Source of the DNA: Vampirovibrionales bacterium
GTDB taxonomy: Bacteria > Cyanobacteriota > Vampirovibrionia > Vampirovibrionales > JAJTHC01
NCBI GenBank assembly: GCA_044347425.1
Contig: JBIKUS010000003.1
Location: forward strand, 1-41,927
Direction: 5' to 3'
DNA length: 41,927 bases
Shown here one piece after another: positions 27,124 through 36,412 of the stretch. The notes beneath the pieces were generated by a model, which was not told the origin of the DNA, searched no databases, and was given only the letters and a program-made list of their open reading frames with translations. The stretch's first letter is position 1, and every line of letters starts with the position of its first letter. The position numbers were made by a program, and so were the translations under genes.

Positions 27124-27897
27124 TTAACCACGCAACAACACACGCCCCACAAAGCGCAACAACGGCGGTAGCGAGCGTTGTAATCGCCAGGGTTGTAATG
27201 CCAAACGCCACGCCCATTCAAGGTTAAGGCGTTGCATCAGCTTGGGCGCACGCTTCACCACGCCAGCCCATACGTCAAAACTACCGCCCACACCCATGAG
27301 CAAAGTACCGTCTGCAAACAAATGCTGGTGCGCCGCTATCCACGCCTCTTGCCGAGGCACGCCCAAGGCTACCAGAACTAACCTGGGTCGGGCTTTCGCC
27401 GCTTGTAACGCCAGCCCCATAGCCTCATCGCCTGCTTTAAAAAAGCCATGGTGCGTAAACACCAACGGTACAGCCTGCCCCAAGCGATCGGCCAACTTGG
27501 TAGGCAAAGCCTCCATTACTTGGGGGCTAGCCCCCAGTAGCGCAACCCCTTGCCCGTGCTGTGCGCACCGTGCCAATAACGCTTCGGCCAACTCCACCCC
27601 AGGCACACGGGTAGGTAGGGTTTTGGCTTGCGTGCGCTTGGCCACTCGGCGCAAGGCCCACACCACGCCAGCCCCATCGGGTACGAGGCAGGTAGCCTTA
27701 TGTAAAAAGCCCACCCCATCAGGCGAAGCAAGGGCTTGCTCCACCACCTCGGGGTTGGCCGTTACTACCCAGTGCGAGATGTGTTCGTGGGTGGCCTGTT
27801 CCCATAACCACTCAGCCACGGTTGCCAACGGAGCCACACTAAAGTGAAACTTGCCCAACAAGGGCAGTGTCGGCAGTTTGTCTAAAATAACTACCAT
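27124..27897 (-). CDS. WecB/TagA/CpsF family glycosyltransferase
   Basis: VTANPE, PDGAGV, RVPGVEL, VALGVPRQE, GVGGSFD and LEWAWRL. Confidence 0.93.
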   Translation of the reverse strand: MVVILDKLPTLPLLGKFHFSVAPLATVAEWLWEQATHEHISHWVVTANPEVVEQALASPDGVGFLHKATCLVPDGAGVVWALRRVAKRTQAKTLPTRVPGVELAEALLARCAQHGQGVALLGASPQVMEALPTKLADRLGQAVPLVFTHHGFFKAGDEAMGLALQAAKARPRLVLVALGVPRQEAWIAAHQHLFADGTLLMGVGGSFDVWAGVVKRAPKLMQRLNLEWAWRLALQPWRLQRSLPPLLRFVGRVLLRG

Positions 27898-27899
27898 CA

Positions 27900-28739
27900 C
27901 TAAACACCCACCGTTGCCGTCCACGTCAATTTATGGGGTGCGTGCAGCATGGCATGGGCTTCGTGCAGCAAGGTCTCCTTCAGGTACACGTCATGCACCC
28001 AAGGTAAGGCATTAGGGGTGAGTAGCAGTGTCACCAACAATAGCCCGCCCACTTGCAAGCCGTGCCGCAAAGCCTCGTATCCTGAGCTGACTAAGCCCTC
28101 TTGGCTGGCCATGGCGGCCAAATAGCTTTTAGCAAAAGGGTAGGCCAAGTTCTGTCCGCTGTAGTTGGCGTAGCCTAACAAGGGGAGCCATGCCAACCAC
28201 TGCCCCATCTCCCAAGCGGTATTGCCGTTGGGTAGCGGGGTGAGGCCAGCCGCCAATTGCCACCCTTGCCCTTGGGGTAACAGGCTAAGTTGGTGGGGCG
28301 TAATACACGGCAAAATACTGGGTAATGCTTGGGGTTGTGAGGTGTCACCCCCTACAAAGCTATTGGCTAATAAGGCCGAGGCTAGGGTGTGCATGGGTTG
28401 GGGCTGTTGGCTGTGCCAGCGATGCCACACCTTGGCTAAGGCAGGTGTTGCGGGGTTCAGGGCGGGGGGTAAGCCCGTGTCGGCATCGGCGGGGTGTTGC
28501 CATACGCCTAGTCGGCTGGCGTTAAGGCTGCTGTGCCATGCTTCGCTGGCTTCTGCAAGCGAGCTTGTTAACGGCGAGGTCTGTGTGTGGAGATGAGCCA
28601 AGCGTTGCCCCCACGCCTCTAGCAAAGCAGAGCCTAAACTGTGGCCTTGTAGGCAATGGTCAACCAAGTTGACCCCCAGGGGCGGGGCAGGCACAGCAGC
28701 GGGCGAGGTGAGGGCAGGCGAGGGCGAAGGTGTGGGCAT
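27900..28739 (-). CDS. Hypothetical protein, possibly a degenerate APH/choline-kinase-like fold
   Basis: WGQRLAHLH, AWEMGQWLAW and FAKSY resemble the phosphotransferase scaffold; catalytic motifs are absent. Confidence 0.5.
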   Translation of the reverse strand: MPTPSPSPALTSPAAVPAPPLGVNLVDHCLQGHSLGSALLEAWGQRLAHLHTQTSPLTSSLAEASEAWHSSLNASRLGVWQHPADADTGLPPALNPATPALAKVWHRWHSQQPQPMHTLASALLANSFVGGDTSQPQALPSILPCITPHQLSLLPQGQGWQLAAGLTPLPNGNTAWEMGQWLAWLPLLGYANYSGQNLAYPFAKSYLAAMASQEGLVSSGYEALRHGLQVGGLLLVTLLLTPNALPWVHDVYLKETLLHEAHAMLHAPHKLTWTATVGV

Positions 28740-28906
28740 GAGGGTGTTTCTAACATCAACAACAAAGTGCCTACAGTATACCACAAGCTCTTGCCAAGCA
28801 AAAAATCAGCAGACACTACCTTTTGTACTTGCCAAGCTGGTTTTTAGATGGGATTGGGGGTGGTGGTCTGTTTTTACTGATGCGAGGGGGTGGTTTGGGT
28901 GTTAGC

Positions 28907-29271
28907 TGGCTGGTTGTCGGGTCTCGGCCCGACAGCCGAGTTAGGGGGCTTGTGGAAGCCCCCTAACAACCCCACCACACAAGGGGTTGCACCCCTTATG
29001 AATCCCGCCACACAGTCTCCGCTATTTTGGCATGACATTGGGCTACGTTATCGGGTTACTTAACACCCAGCCCTGACAGAGTTGGTGTAAAAGGAAACAA
29101 ACGATCACCCCAAACTACTCCAAAAGCCAGCTCGGCAAATACGAATCGAGCCGCAGGCGAGTCTGAGTGCCGAGCGGCAGGAGCGAGCTTCGCTATTGGG
29201 GGTAAGCAGTAGGGGGCGAAAGCCCCCTCTGTGGGGGAGCGCGAGGGGAGACCACCCCTCGCATCAGCCAA
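28907..29271. repeat. ~360-bp palindrome-rich dispersed repeat, copy A (MITE/structured-RNA-like)
   Basis: Near-identical to the reverse complement of 32143-32501; contains many GC hairpins. Confidence 0.92.
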
Positions 29272-29438
29272 AACAAACTAAAAGCTTGTTTCTGTGTTTG
29301 GGTGGAGTTCGCCCAGCCATTTTGGCCTATAAGCCGTATAGCCCAAAAAACGGGTAACCCCCTCCCTTAACACCACCCGCCTAAGCTATACTTAAAGCAA
29401 ATAACCCGTAGCCCAAGCCACTCCCCGAAAGGTGTCCT

Positions 29439-30365
29439 ATGTCACCCATCACCATGAGCCTTGAGCAGTTGGTGACCAACGTCGACCACCTGCCTGCCCT
29501 GCCCCAAGTGCTGATGCAGGTTAGCCAATTGATAGATAAAGACGACATTCGAGCCGAAGACTTGGCCGCCGTCATTAGGTTAGATGCTGACCTTACCGTC
29601 CAGCTGCTCAAACTGTGTAATTCGGCGTATATCGGCTTCCCTCGGCAGGTCAGCTCGATTAAAGAGGCGGTGGCGATACTCGGGCTTAAAACCATCCGCA
29701 GCATGGTGTATACGTTGATGTCTCACCAAGTGTTTAACAAGCGCATGGCGGGCTACCAGCTAGAGGCGGGCGACTTGTGGCGCAACGCCCTGCTAGGGGC
29801 AGAGTTTGCCCGTTACCTAGCCACCAAATACCAACTGACTGACCCTGATACCGCTTTTACCGCCGCCGTACTACGTGACTTGGGCAAAATTGTGCTTGAA
29901 AGCTACGTGGCCAACTGTTTTGCCAAAATTGAAGCCCATGCCAAAGCCAACCGTGTAGGCTTTGACGATGCCGAACGAGCCGTCCTCGGCTTTTCTCACA
30001 TGGATGTTGGCTTTAGACTGGCTGAAAAATGGGGCTTTGCGCCTGCGCTTAAGGCGGCCATTGCCTACCACCACCAACCAGCCAAAGCCCCGCCAGACAC
30101 CGACCCTAAAATTGTTAAACTGCTGGCCGTGGTGCATTTAGCAGACGCTTACAGCATGATGCTTGGCACAGGCACAGGCGGCGACGGCCTTATGTACGCT
30201 GTAGACTTTACCTTTTTAAAAGCCCATGGCTTTGACCTTGAAGACGGCCTGGGCGAAACCCTCATGATTGAACTGTTACCCCTGCAAGCTAAGGTGGCCA
30301 GCCTAACCGACACCTTGGTCAGCCCCAAACAAAAAGCCAAGGCCTCGGCCCGAGGGGGACGTTGA
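29439..30365 (+). CDS. HDOD domain protein
   Basis: LPALPQV, DADLTVQLLKLCNSA, AVAILG, AVLRDLGK, GFSHMDVG and AIAYHH. Confidence 0.93.
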   Translation: MSPITMSLEQLVTNVDHLPALPQVLMQVSQLIDKDDIRAEDLAAVIRLDADLTVQLLKLCNSAYIGFPRQVSSIKEAVAILGLKTIRSMVYTLMSHQVFNKRMAGYQLEAGDLWRNALLGAEFARYLATKYQLTDPDTAFTAAVLRDLGKIVLESYVANCFAKIEAHAKANRVGFDDAERAVLGFSHMDVGFRLAEKWGFAPALKAAIAYHHQPAKAPPDTDPKIVKLLAVVHLADAYSMMLGTGTGGDGLMYAVDFTFLKAHGFDLEDGLGETLMIELLPLQAKVASLTDTLVSPKQKAKASARGGR

Positions 30366-30937
30366 GTATGTCGCCTTCCCTCCCTACGGCCAGCCCGTCC
30401 TCAGCCGTTGAAGCCTCCTTTGCTACGGGCGATGCTGTGGCAACCCTCCCCTTGCCTATGGGGCAGTGGGTGCTTAACCCTAAACAAGTGGTGCTAGCCG
30501 AACCCGTCAGTACCAGCTTGGTGTTGGTGTTGTTTGATAAAACGTTCACCGCTTCTGCCTTGGCACACATTTTATTGCCAGATAGTAAACTAACCCCCAA
30601 GGACCTTGTGGTAGACGAGCAAACCATGCCCGCCCAATTTGCCGACAAAGCCCTGCCCCTCATGCTTCAAGCCCTTGAGGCGGCAGGGGTAGCCCCCACC
30701 AGCTTAACTGCGCGCATGGTGGGCGGAGCGCAACTGTTTAACTTTGGCGGCGGCGGTGGCAATCCTCTAAACGTAGGGTCTCGTAATGCCATTGTGTGTA
30801 GGGCTTTACTAGCCAAAAACGGTGTTAAGGTTGATAAAACCAACATCGGCGGTAATAAAACCCGTCGTGTGCTGTATTTCCCCCAGATGGGGCAACTGCG
30901 TATAGTAATGCTGGGTGGCGAAACCCTCACGTTGTAA
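30362..30937 (+). CDS. cheD: CheD-family chemotaxis protein
   Basis: LAHILLP, FAD, ARMVGGAQLF, NVGSRN and IGGNKTR. Confidence 0.88.
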   Translation: MSMSPSLPTASPSSAVEASFATGDAVATLPLPMGQWVLNPKQVVLAEPVSTSLVLVLFDKTFTASALAHILLPDSKLTPKDLVVDEQTMPAQFADKALPLMLQALEAAGVAPTSLTARMVGGAQLFNFGGGGGNPLNVGSRNAIVCRALLAKNGVKVDKTNIGGNKTRRVLYFPQMGQLRIVMLGGETLTL

Positions 30938-31001
30938 GGCTTTAGGCTACAAGTGATGCAACCCTTCGCCACACAGTATCCCTACGGGCAGGAGCATCAC
31001 C

Positions 31002-32069
31002 ATGACAAACGACACCTCACATCACCCTTGGGCAGAAGCCCTGGTTATTACACTATGCTTAGTTGGGGTGATGAGCCTTAGCCCCGTGGCCTTAAGCTAC
31101 GCCAAACGCTTGGTGCTGCCCCCTGTGCCACAAACCTCTGTGGCCGATGCCTTACCTGCCAGCACCCCCTTGCCCCTCATCAGCCTTGAACACCACGACG
31201 ATCCAGCCCCACAGGCCACCCATACCCCCGCCCCACAAGTGCATACCTCTCACCCCACTGAAGGGACAGGCCACAAGGTAACCGTCACGAAGGCTACTCC
31301 TGCCGTCACGGCCTCGTCTCATGGTAGTGGTGCGGCTCACGCTGCCCCTGTGGCTCACACCGCCACGCCAGCACCCACGCAAAGCCCCGCTCACACGCCT
31401 GTCACCCATGCGGTAAAAACCACGCCCTACAAAACTACCCAGCTCACCCACAAGTCTAGTCACACTGAGGCAAAATCGTCGTCATCGCATCACGCAACGC
31501 CAACCACCCATCACGAAGCAGCCCCCAGCCAGCAAGCTCACGCCGAGACACCCCCCCCCGATCACGAGCCAGCCCCTGCTACCGTCACCCCTCCTCACAC
31601 CCAAGCCACAGCTCACCCACCTGCACCCGAAGTCACTAAGCCCACACCTCAACCTATAACCTACAAACAAGCCCCCTTAGGGGGAGCGCAAGACGGTGCT
31701 GCTACCAAGGGGCTTACCCAAGTGCTGTTGGGCTTGTTGGGCGTATTAGGTTTGGTGTTTTTAGTGGCCAAGCTAGCCAAAACCTACCTTCCCCTCGCCA
31801 CAGGCGAGGTTGCCGTAGGGGGTAACCAGCACAAGTTGCAAGTGCTTGATACGTTGACCTTAGGGGCGCATCACCAGCTAAAGTTGGTAGCAGGCCCTCA
31901 AGGCGAACAGTTGCTACTAGCGCAAACCGCACAGGGGTTAAGCCTTATTAAAAGTTGGCCTGCCAACAGTGGCGCAACCTCTGCCCAACCCCCTGCGGCA
32001 GATACCCTCACTACCTTAGACGACTACCTCGACGAAGCCGTCATCCCTCTAAAAAGTAAACGGGGCTAA
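31002..32069 (+). CDS. FliO/FliZ-like flagellar biosynthesis protein with a long His/Pro/Thr-rich linker
   Basis: Signal peptide, low-complexity linker, TM helix, then LQVLDTLTLGAHHQLKLV...EQLLL (FliO-like beta domain). Confidence 0.7.
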   Translation: MTNDTSHHPWAEALVITLCLVGVMSLSPVALSYAKRLVLPPVPQTSVADALPASTPLPLISLEHHDDPAPQATHTPAPQVHTSHPTEGTGHKVTVTKATPAVTASSHGSGAAHAAPVAHTATPAPTQSPAHTPVTHAVKTTPYKTTQLTHKSSHTEAKSSSSHHATPTTHHEAAPSQQAHAETPPPDHEPAPATVTPPHTQATAHPPAPEVTKPTPQPITYKQAPLGGAQDGAATKGLTQVLLGLLGVLGLVFLVAKLAKTYLPLATGEVAVGGNQHKLQVLDTLTLGAHHQLKLVAGPQGEQLLLAQTAQGLSLIKSWPANSGATSAQPPAADTLTTLDDYLDEAVIPLKSKRG

Positions 32070-32142
32070 GCAGGCTCGCTTTCTTTGGCGGTTTTGTGTT
32101 TGGGCGGAGCAAAGGCTAGCCAAAACCAAGCCTTGGGGTTTG

Positions 32143-32501
32143 TTGGCTGATGCGAGGGGTGGTCTCCCCTCGCGCTCCCCCACAGAGGGGGCTATTGCCC
32201 CCTACTGCTTACCCCCAATAGCGAAGCCCGACCCTGTCGCTCGGCACTCAGACTCGCCTACGGCGAGCTTCGTTTTTGCCGAGCTGGTTTGTTTGGGGGT
32301 GTTGGTTTGTTCTCTTTTAAAACAACTCTGTCAGGGCGTGGAATTTGTGTAACCCGATAACGTAACCCAAGGTTACGTCAAAATAACGGAGACTGTGTGG
32401 CGGGATTCACAAGGGGTGCAACCCCTTGTGTGGTGGGGTTGTTAGGGGGCTTCCACAAGCCCCCTAACTCGGCTGTCGGGCCGAGACCCGACAACCAGCC
32501 A
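32143..32501. repeat. ~360-bp palindrome-rich dispersed repeat, copy B (inverted relative to A)
   Basis: Reverse complement of 28907-29271 with scattered substitutions. Confidence 0.92.
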
Positions 32502-32589
32502 TGTAAAACAAGTACAGACCAAACTACCCAAGAGCAAGCCAAAGTAGCGAAACCAACTTCTACCACTATCAAGGCACATACAGAGCCGT

Positions 32590-34410
32590 CTATAGGTTAA
32601 GGCCTAGTACACGGGTGACCTCTTCAAGGGTGGTGAGGCCAGCCAGCACTTTGCGCTTGCCGTCCATGGCTAGGGTGAGCATCCCTTGCTCTACGGCTGT
32701 CTCTTCTATGGCAAAGGCCGAACCACCCTCGTCAATTTGCACCGCAATTTCTCGGCTAATGGGCATAATCTCATACAGCCCCACTCGGCCACGGTAGCCC
32801 GTGTCTTCGCAATGCTCGCACCCACTGCCTTTGTACAGCACAATACCATCAGTGCTTTTAAAGCCAAGGGTTTCTAACTCTTCATTGCTGGGGGTATAGT
32901 GCGTTTTGCAATGTGGGCAAATGGAGCGCACCAAGCGTTGCGCCACCACCCCAATCACCGAGGTACTCAGCAGGTAGGCGGGTGCGCCCATCTCAAGCAA
33001 ACGAGCCACGGTTTTGGCCGTGCTGTTGGTGTGTACGGTGCTAAATACCAAGTGGCCTGTCAACGAGGCGTGAATGGCCGCCTCCAGCGTTTCGTGGTCG
33101 CGTATTTCACCCACCATAATCACGTCAGGGTCTTGCCGTAACAGCGCCCGTAACGAGGTGACAAACGTCAACCCAGACTTAGGGGCGACCTGTGTCTGGT
33201 TAATGCCCGCCAGCGGATATTCAATGGGGTCTTCAATGGTAGAGATGTTACGCTCGGGGCTGTTAATTTCGCGTAAGGCCGAATACAGCGTGGTGGTTTT
33301 ACCCGACCCTGTGGGACCAGTCACCAAAATAATACCGTGGGGCGCATAAATCATTTTACGTAACTTACGCACTTCGTCGTGGGTGAGGCCTAACTTTTCA
33401 AGCCCGCCTGTTGTGGCGTTGGGCTTCAGCAGCCTGATAACAATCTTTTCGCCAAATTGTATGGGCAGCGCATTGACACGCATGTCAATTTGCTGGCTAC
33501 CGTAAGCTATTTTCATACGGCCATCTTGTGGGCGACGCTTTTCGGCAATATCCATGCCGCTCGCCACTTTAATACGAGAGGTGACGGGGGCTATCATCTG
33601 CTTGGGGATGCTTTTCATTTCTCGCAAAATACCGTCTATCCTAAAGCGTACCAATAACCGCTCTTTTTGTGGCTCTATGTGGATGTCGCTGGCATTGATT
33701 TGAATGGCTTCAATCAGTAGAGCGTTGACTAATTGCACCACAGGGGCATCGTTGCTGCTTACTTCGTCTTCAAGCTGTTGGTTGGTTGACGTTCCGCCGT
33801 ACATGGCGTGCATTTCACTGTTATTAGCCAAGGCCTCTAAGGCTTCGTCACTGCTAGAGGAGCGACTGGTCAATTCCTCAAGCTTTTTCATTAGCTCTGT
33901 ATGGGTGGAGACTTTAGGCGTAATGCGGCAGCCTGTAATCAAGGTTAAATCATCCAACACCTTAATATTATCTGGGTGAGCCATCACTACCAACATACGC
34001 TTGTTGATAGCGTCGTAGCTGATGGGCAGTACTTGGTGGCGTTGGCAAAACTCGGCAGGAATAAGTTTAAGCAGAGCTGGGTCAAGGTCAAGTTTGGCAA
34101 CGGTAAGGTAGTCGTACCCATGCAGGTGGGCTAGCGCACGGCCTAACTGCTCTTCGGTAACAATGCCTAACCTTATCAACGTAGCCCCTATGGGGCTGGC
34201 CGTGGCTCGTGATTCTGACAAGGCTCGGCGGAGCTGTTCGTCGTTGACGAAGCCTAATTCAAGTAACACATCGCCAATACGTTTTTTAGGCTTGGTGGCT
34301 AAGGCAATGGGGTGAGACATGGCCGAAGCGGCTGAAGGTGGGGTGTGTCCCATGAGGTTGGGTTTCCTGTAAACGATGTTGAGATAGGGCTTGTTTAAGG
34401 TATCGGCCAT
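32590..34410 (-). CDS. GspE/PilB family secretion/pilus assembly ATPase
   Basis: MshEN-like RIGDVLLELG N-terminus, ASDIHIEP, GPTGSGKTT, LRQDPDVIMVGEIRD and a Cys4 zinc motif. Confidence 0.95.
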   Translation of the reverse strand: MADTLNKPYLNIVYRKPNLMGHTPPSAASAMSHPIALATKPKKRIGDVLLELGFVNDEQLRRALSESRATASPIGATLIRLGIVTEEQLGRALAHLHGYDYLTVAKLDLDPALLKLIPAEFCQRHQVLPISYDAINKRMLVVMAHPDNIKVLDDLTLITGCRITPKVSTHTELMKKLEELTSRSSSSDEALEALANNSEMHAMYGGTSTNQQLEDEVSSNDAPVVQLVNALLIEAIQINASDIHIEPQKERLLVRFRIDGILREMKSIPKQMIAPVTSRIKVASGMDIAEKRRPQDGRMKIAYGSQQIDMRVNALPIQFGEKIVIRLLKPNATTGGLEKLGLTHDEVRKLRKMIYAPHGIILVTGPTGSGKTTTLYSALREINSPERNISTIEDPIEYPLAGINQTQVAPKSGLTFVTSLRALLRQDPDVIMVGEIRDHETLEAAIHASLTGHLVFSTVHTNSTAKTVARLLEMGAPAYLLSTSVIGVVAQRLVRSICPHCKTHYTPSNEELETLGFKSTDGIVLYKGSGCEHCEDTGYRGRVGLYEIMPISREIAVQIDEGGSAFAIEETAVEQGMLTLAMDGKRKVLAGLTTLEEVTRVLGLNL

Positions 34411-34531
34411 AGCTAAGTGTAGCTAAACATCTTAGTAACAAGGTGTTACATGTAGGATAAGGCAGTTTTTGGCTTGGCAGGGTGTTAATGCTATACTCAC
34501 CTTTTAAACGCATTGATAGGTTTTTTCTCAC

Positions 34532-35659
34532 ATGGCCATTGCACCCCCCGTTTCGCTAGCCGCTCCCGCCACATCGCCCCACGCTGAGCTACCCTCTACC
34601 ACTCTTATTGGGCAAACTCACCAACAACTCCGAGAATTGGCCGTGGCCATGGGGTCGCCAGCTTTTAGAGGCGACCAGTTACACCACTGGCTGTACGTTA
34701 AATGCGTGCGCTCGTTTGACGAGATGACCGATTTAAGTAAGCCTTTTCGGCAAGCCTTGGCAGAGAATTACGCTATTGGCCAGCTCACCCTAGCCGATTG
34801 TCAACTGAGCAGCGACGGAACCCGCAAGTACCTCTTTACCCTGCCCGATGGTAACGTGGTTGAAAGCGTGCTAATGGCCTTTCAAGAGCGTAACACTTAC
34901 GCCCTGTGCGTGAGTACGCAAGTGGGCTGCGCCATGAATTGCTCGTTTTGCGCCACGGGTAAGCTAGGGTTTACTCGCCACCTTAACGTGGGAGAAATTG
35001 TAGAGCAGTACCTATTTGTACAGCACCACAGCGGGGTTGAGATTCGTAACGTGGTGTTTATGGGGCAAGGCGAACCTCTGCACAACTACCAACCTACTGT
35101 AGATGCCTTGCACCTGCTCAACCAATCCGCCGAAGTGGGGATGCGCCGCATGACGGTGTCGACCTCGGGCGTGGTGAACCACATTGACAGCCTTGCCGCC
35201 GAAAATCTGCCCATCACCTTGGCCGTATCGCTGCACGCTGCCGACGATGCGACCCGTGACCAAATTATGCCCCTCAACAAAAAATGGCCACTAGCCAAGC
35301 TGATGCCTGCCCTACACCGCTACGTAGAGGCCACCCATAGGCGCATGACCATTGAATACATCTTGCTGGCGGGCGTGAATGATTCGCTTGACCAAGCCGA
35401 CAAGCTGGTGACGTTGCTCAAGGGCTTAAAGTGCAACATCAACTTGATACCCTACAACCCTATTAGCACCACGTTACCCCAAGCCGTCACTTACCAACGC
35501 CCCAGCCGAGACAGGCTGCACGCCTTTATGCACCGCTTGTTGGATAGTGGCAAAAAAGTCACCATTCGCCTAGAGCGTGGGGTGGATATTGATGCCGCTT
35601 GTGGCCAGTTAGCCAACCAACACCAGCCTCAGCCAGCCGTCACTCTCGTCACCCCCTAG
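34532..35659 (+). CDS. rlmN: 23S rRNA m2A2503/tRNA methyltransferase RlmN
   Basis: CVSTQVGCAMNCSFC, VFMGQGEP and DIDAACGQL. Confidence 0.96.
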   Translation: MAIAPPVSLAAPATSPHAELPSTTLIGQTHQQLRELAVAMGSPAFRGDQLHHWLYVKCVRSFDEMTDLSKPFRQALAENYAIGQLTLADCQLSSDGTRKYLFTLPDGNVVESVLMAFQERNTYALCVSTQVGCAMNCSFCATGKLGFTRHLNVGEIVEQYLFVQHHSGVEIRNVVFMGQGEPLHNYQPTVDALHLLNQSAEVGMRRMTVSTSGVVNHIDSLAAENLPITLAVSLHAADDATRDQIMPLNKKWPLAKLMPALHRYVEATHRRMTIEYILLAGVNDSLDQADKLVTLLKGLKCNINLIPYNPISTTLPQAVTYQRPSRDRLHAFMHRLLDSGKKVTIRLERGVDIDAACGQLANQHQPQPAVTLVTP

Positions 35660-35692
35660 CTTATTCTTCACATCGCCAAGGCCCTATTTACC

Positions 35693-35848
35693 ATGAAACA
35701 TCCTGCCAAACTGACCCTAGCCTGCACCGTGTGCCAACAGCGCAACTACACCACGCCCAAGCCCAAAGTGGCACTAACCCAACGGCTCACCCTAAACAAG
35801 TTTTGCAAACATTGCAATGCACACACGCCCCATGTTGAAACCAAATAA
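35693..35848 (+). CDS. rpmG: 50S ribosomal protein L33 (Cys4 zinc type); not in the ORF track
   Basis: MKHPAKLTLACTVCQQRNYTT...RLTLNKFCKHCNAHTPHVETK. Confidence 0.93.
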   Translation: MKHPAKLTLACTVCQQRNYTTPKPKVALTQRLTLNKFCKHCNAHTPHVETK

Positions 35849-35878
35849 TGTTTGCGATTAACTAAGAGTATCTGCTAA

Positions 35879-35951
35879 GCGTCCTTAGTTCAGTTGGTAG
35901 AACGTCGGTCTCCAAAACCGAATGTCGTGGGTTCAAGTCCTACAGGGCGCG
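35879..35951 (+). tRNA. tRNA-Trp(CCA)
   Basis: GCGTCCT/AGGGCGC acceptor stem, TCGGT-CTCCAAA-ACCGA anticodon arm and GGTTCAAGTCC T-arm. Confidence 0.96.
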
Positions 35952-36092
35952 TATGAGTTAAACCCATCACCCAGCCAAAAGCTTGCAAGCTAAAACTTAA
36001 CAGTTTTATAAAATAATAACCTTTGGGTGGATTCTCCAAAGGTGTCACTCTCGCTACATTAGTAGGGTTACTCTTGGTGAAAGGTTAAACCC

Positions 36093-36347
36093 ATGTCGTT
36101 TATTAAAACTATTCAAAACACTGTTACCTTTAACTCTGTTAAAGGGTTAATTGGGGGGCTTGAGACGGTTGCCGTGCTAACCCCTACCCCTTTTGACAAC
36201 ATTGCTGTGGCCACTTTTAAAGCCATACTTGAGGCTTTGGAAAAGTCTAACTCGAGAGAAGAAGTGCTGGCTCATTTGGCCAACACCCTGCCTTCAGATA
36301 CTGCAGCCAGCAACCTGTCAAAATTAGAGGCTGTTGGGGCTGCTTAA
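36093..36347 (+). CDS. Small hypothetical protein (TPTPFDN motif)
   Basis: 84-aa ORF with an AAAGG RBS and a downstream terminator. Confidence 0.65.
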   Translation: MSFIKTIQNTVTFNSVKGLIGGLETVAVLTPTPFDNIAVATFKAILEALEKSNSREEVLAHLANTLPSDTAASNLSKLEAVGAA

Positions 36348-36364
36348 GCCTCAGTCTTACACTT

Positions 36365-36405
36365 TGCCAGCTTTGTTTAACTTATTGAACAAGGCTGGCA
36401 TTTTT
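36365..36405 (+). terminator. Intrinsic terminator
   Basis: TGCCAGCTTTGTTTAA...TTGAACAAGGCTGGCA followed by TTTTT, between convergent genes. Confidence 0.7.
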
Positions 36406-36412
36406 GTTTAAT

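Noticed and set aside
29056-32352. Two similar ~70-aa ORFs (ADARGGLPSRSPTEG...) at 29056-29271 and 32140-32352
   Set aside because: They are read-throughs of the inverted non-coding repeat copies, with TTG starts and divergent ends.
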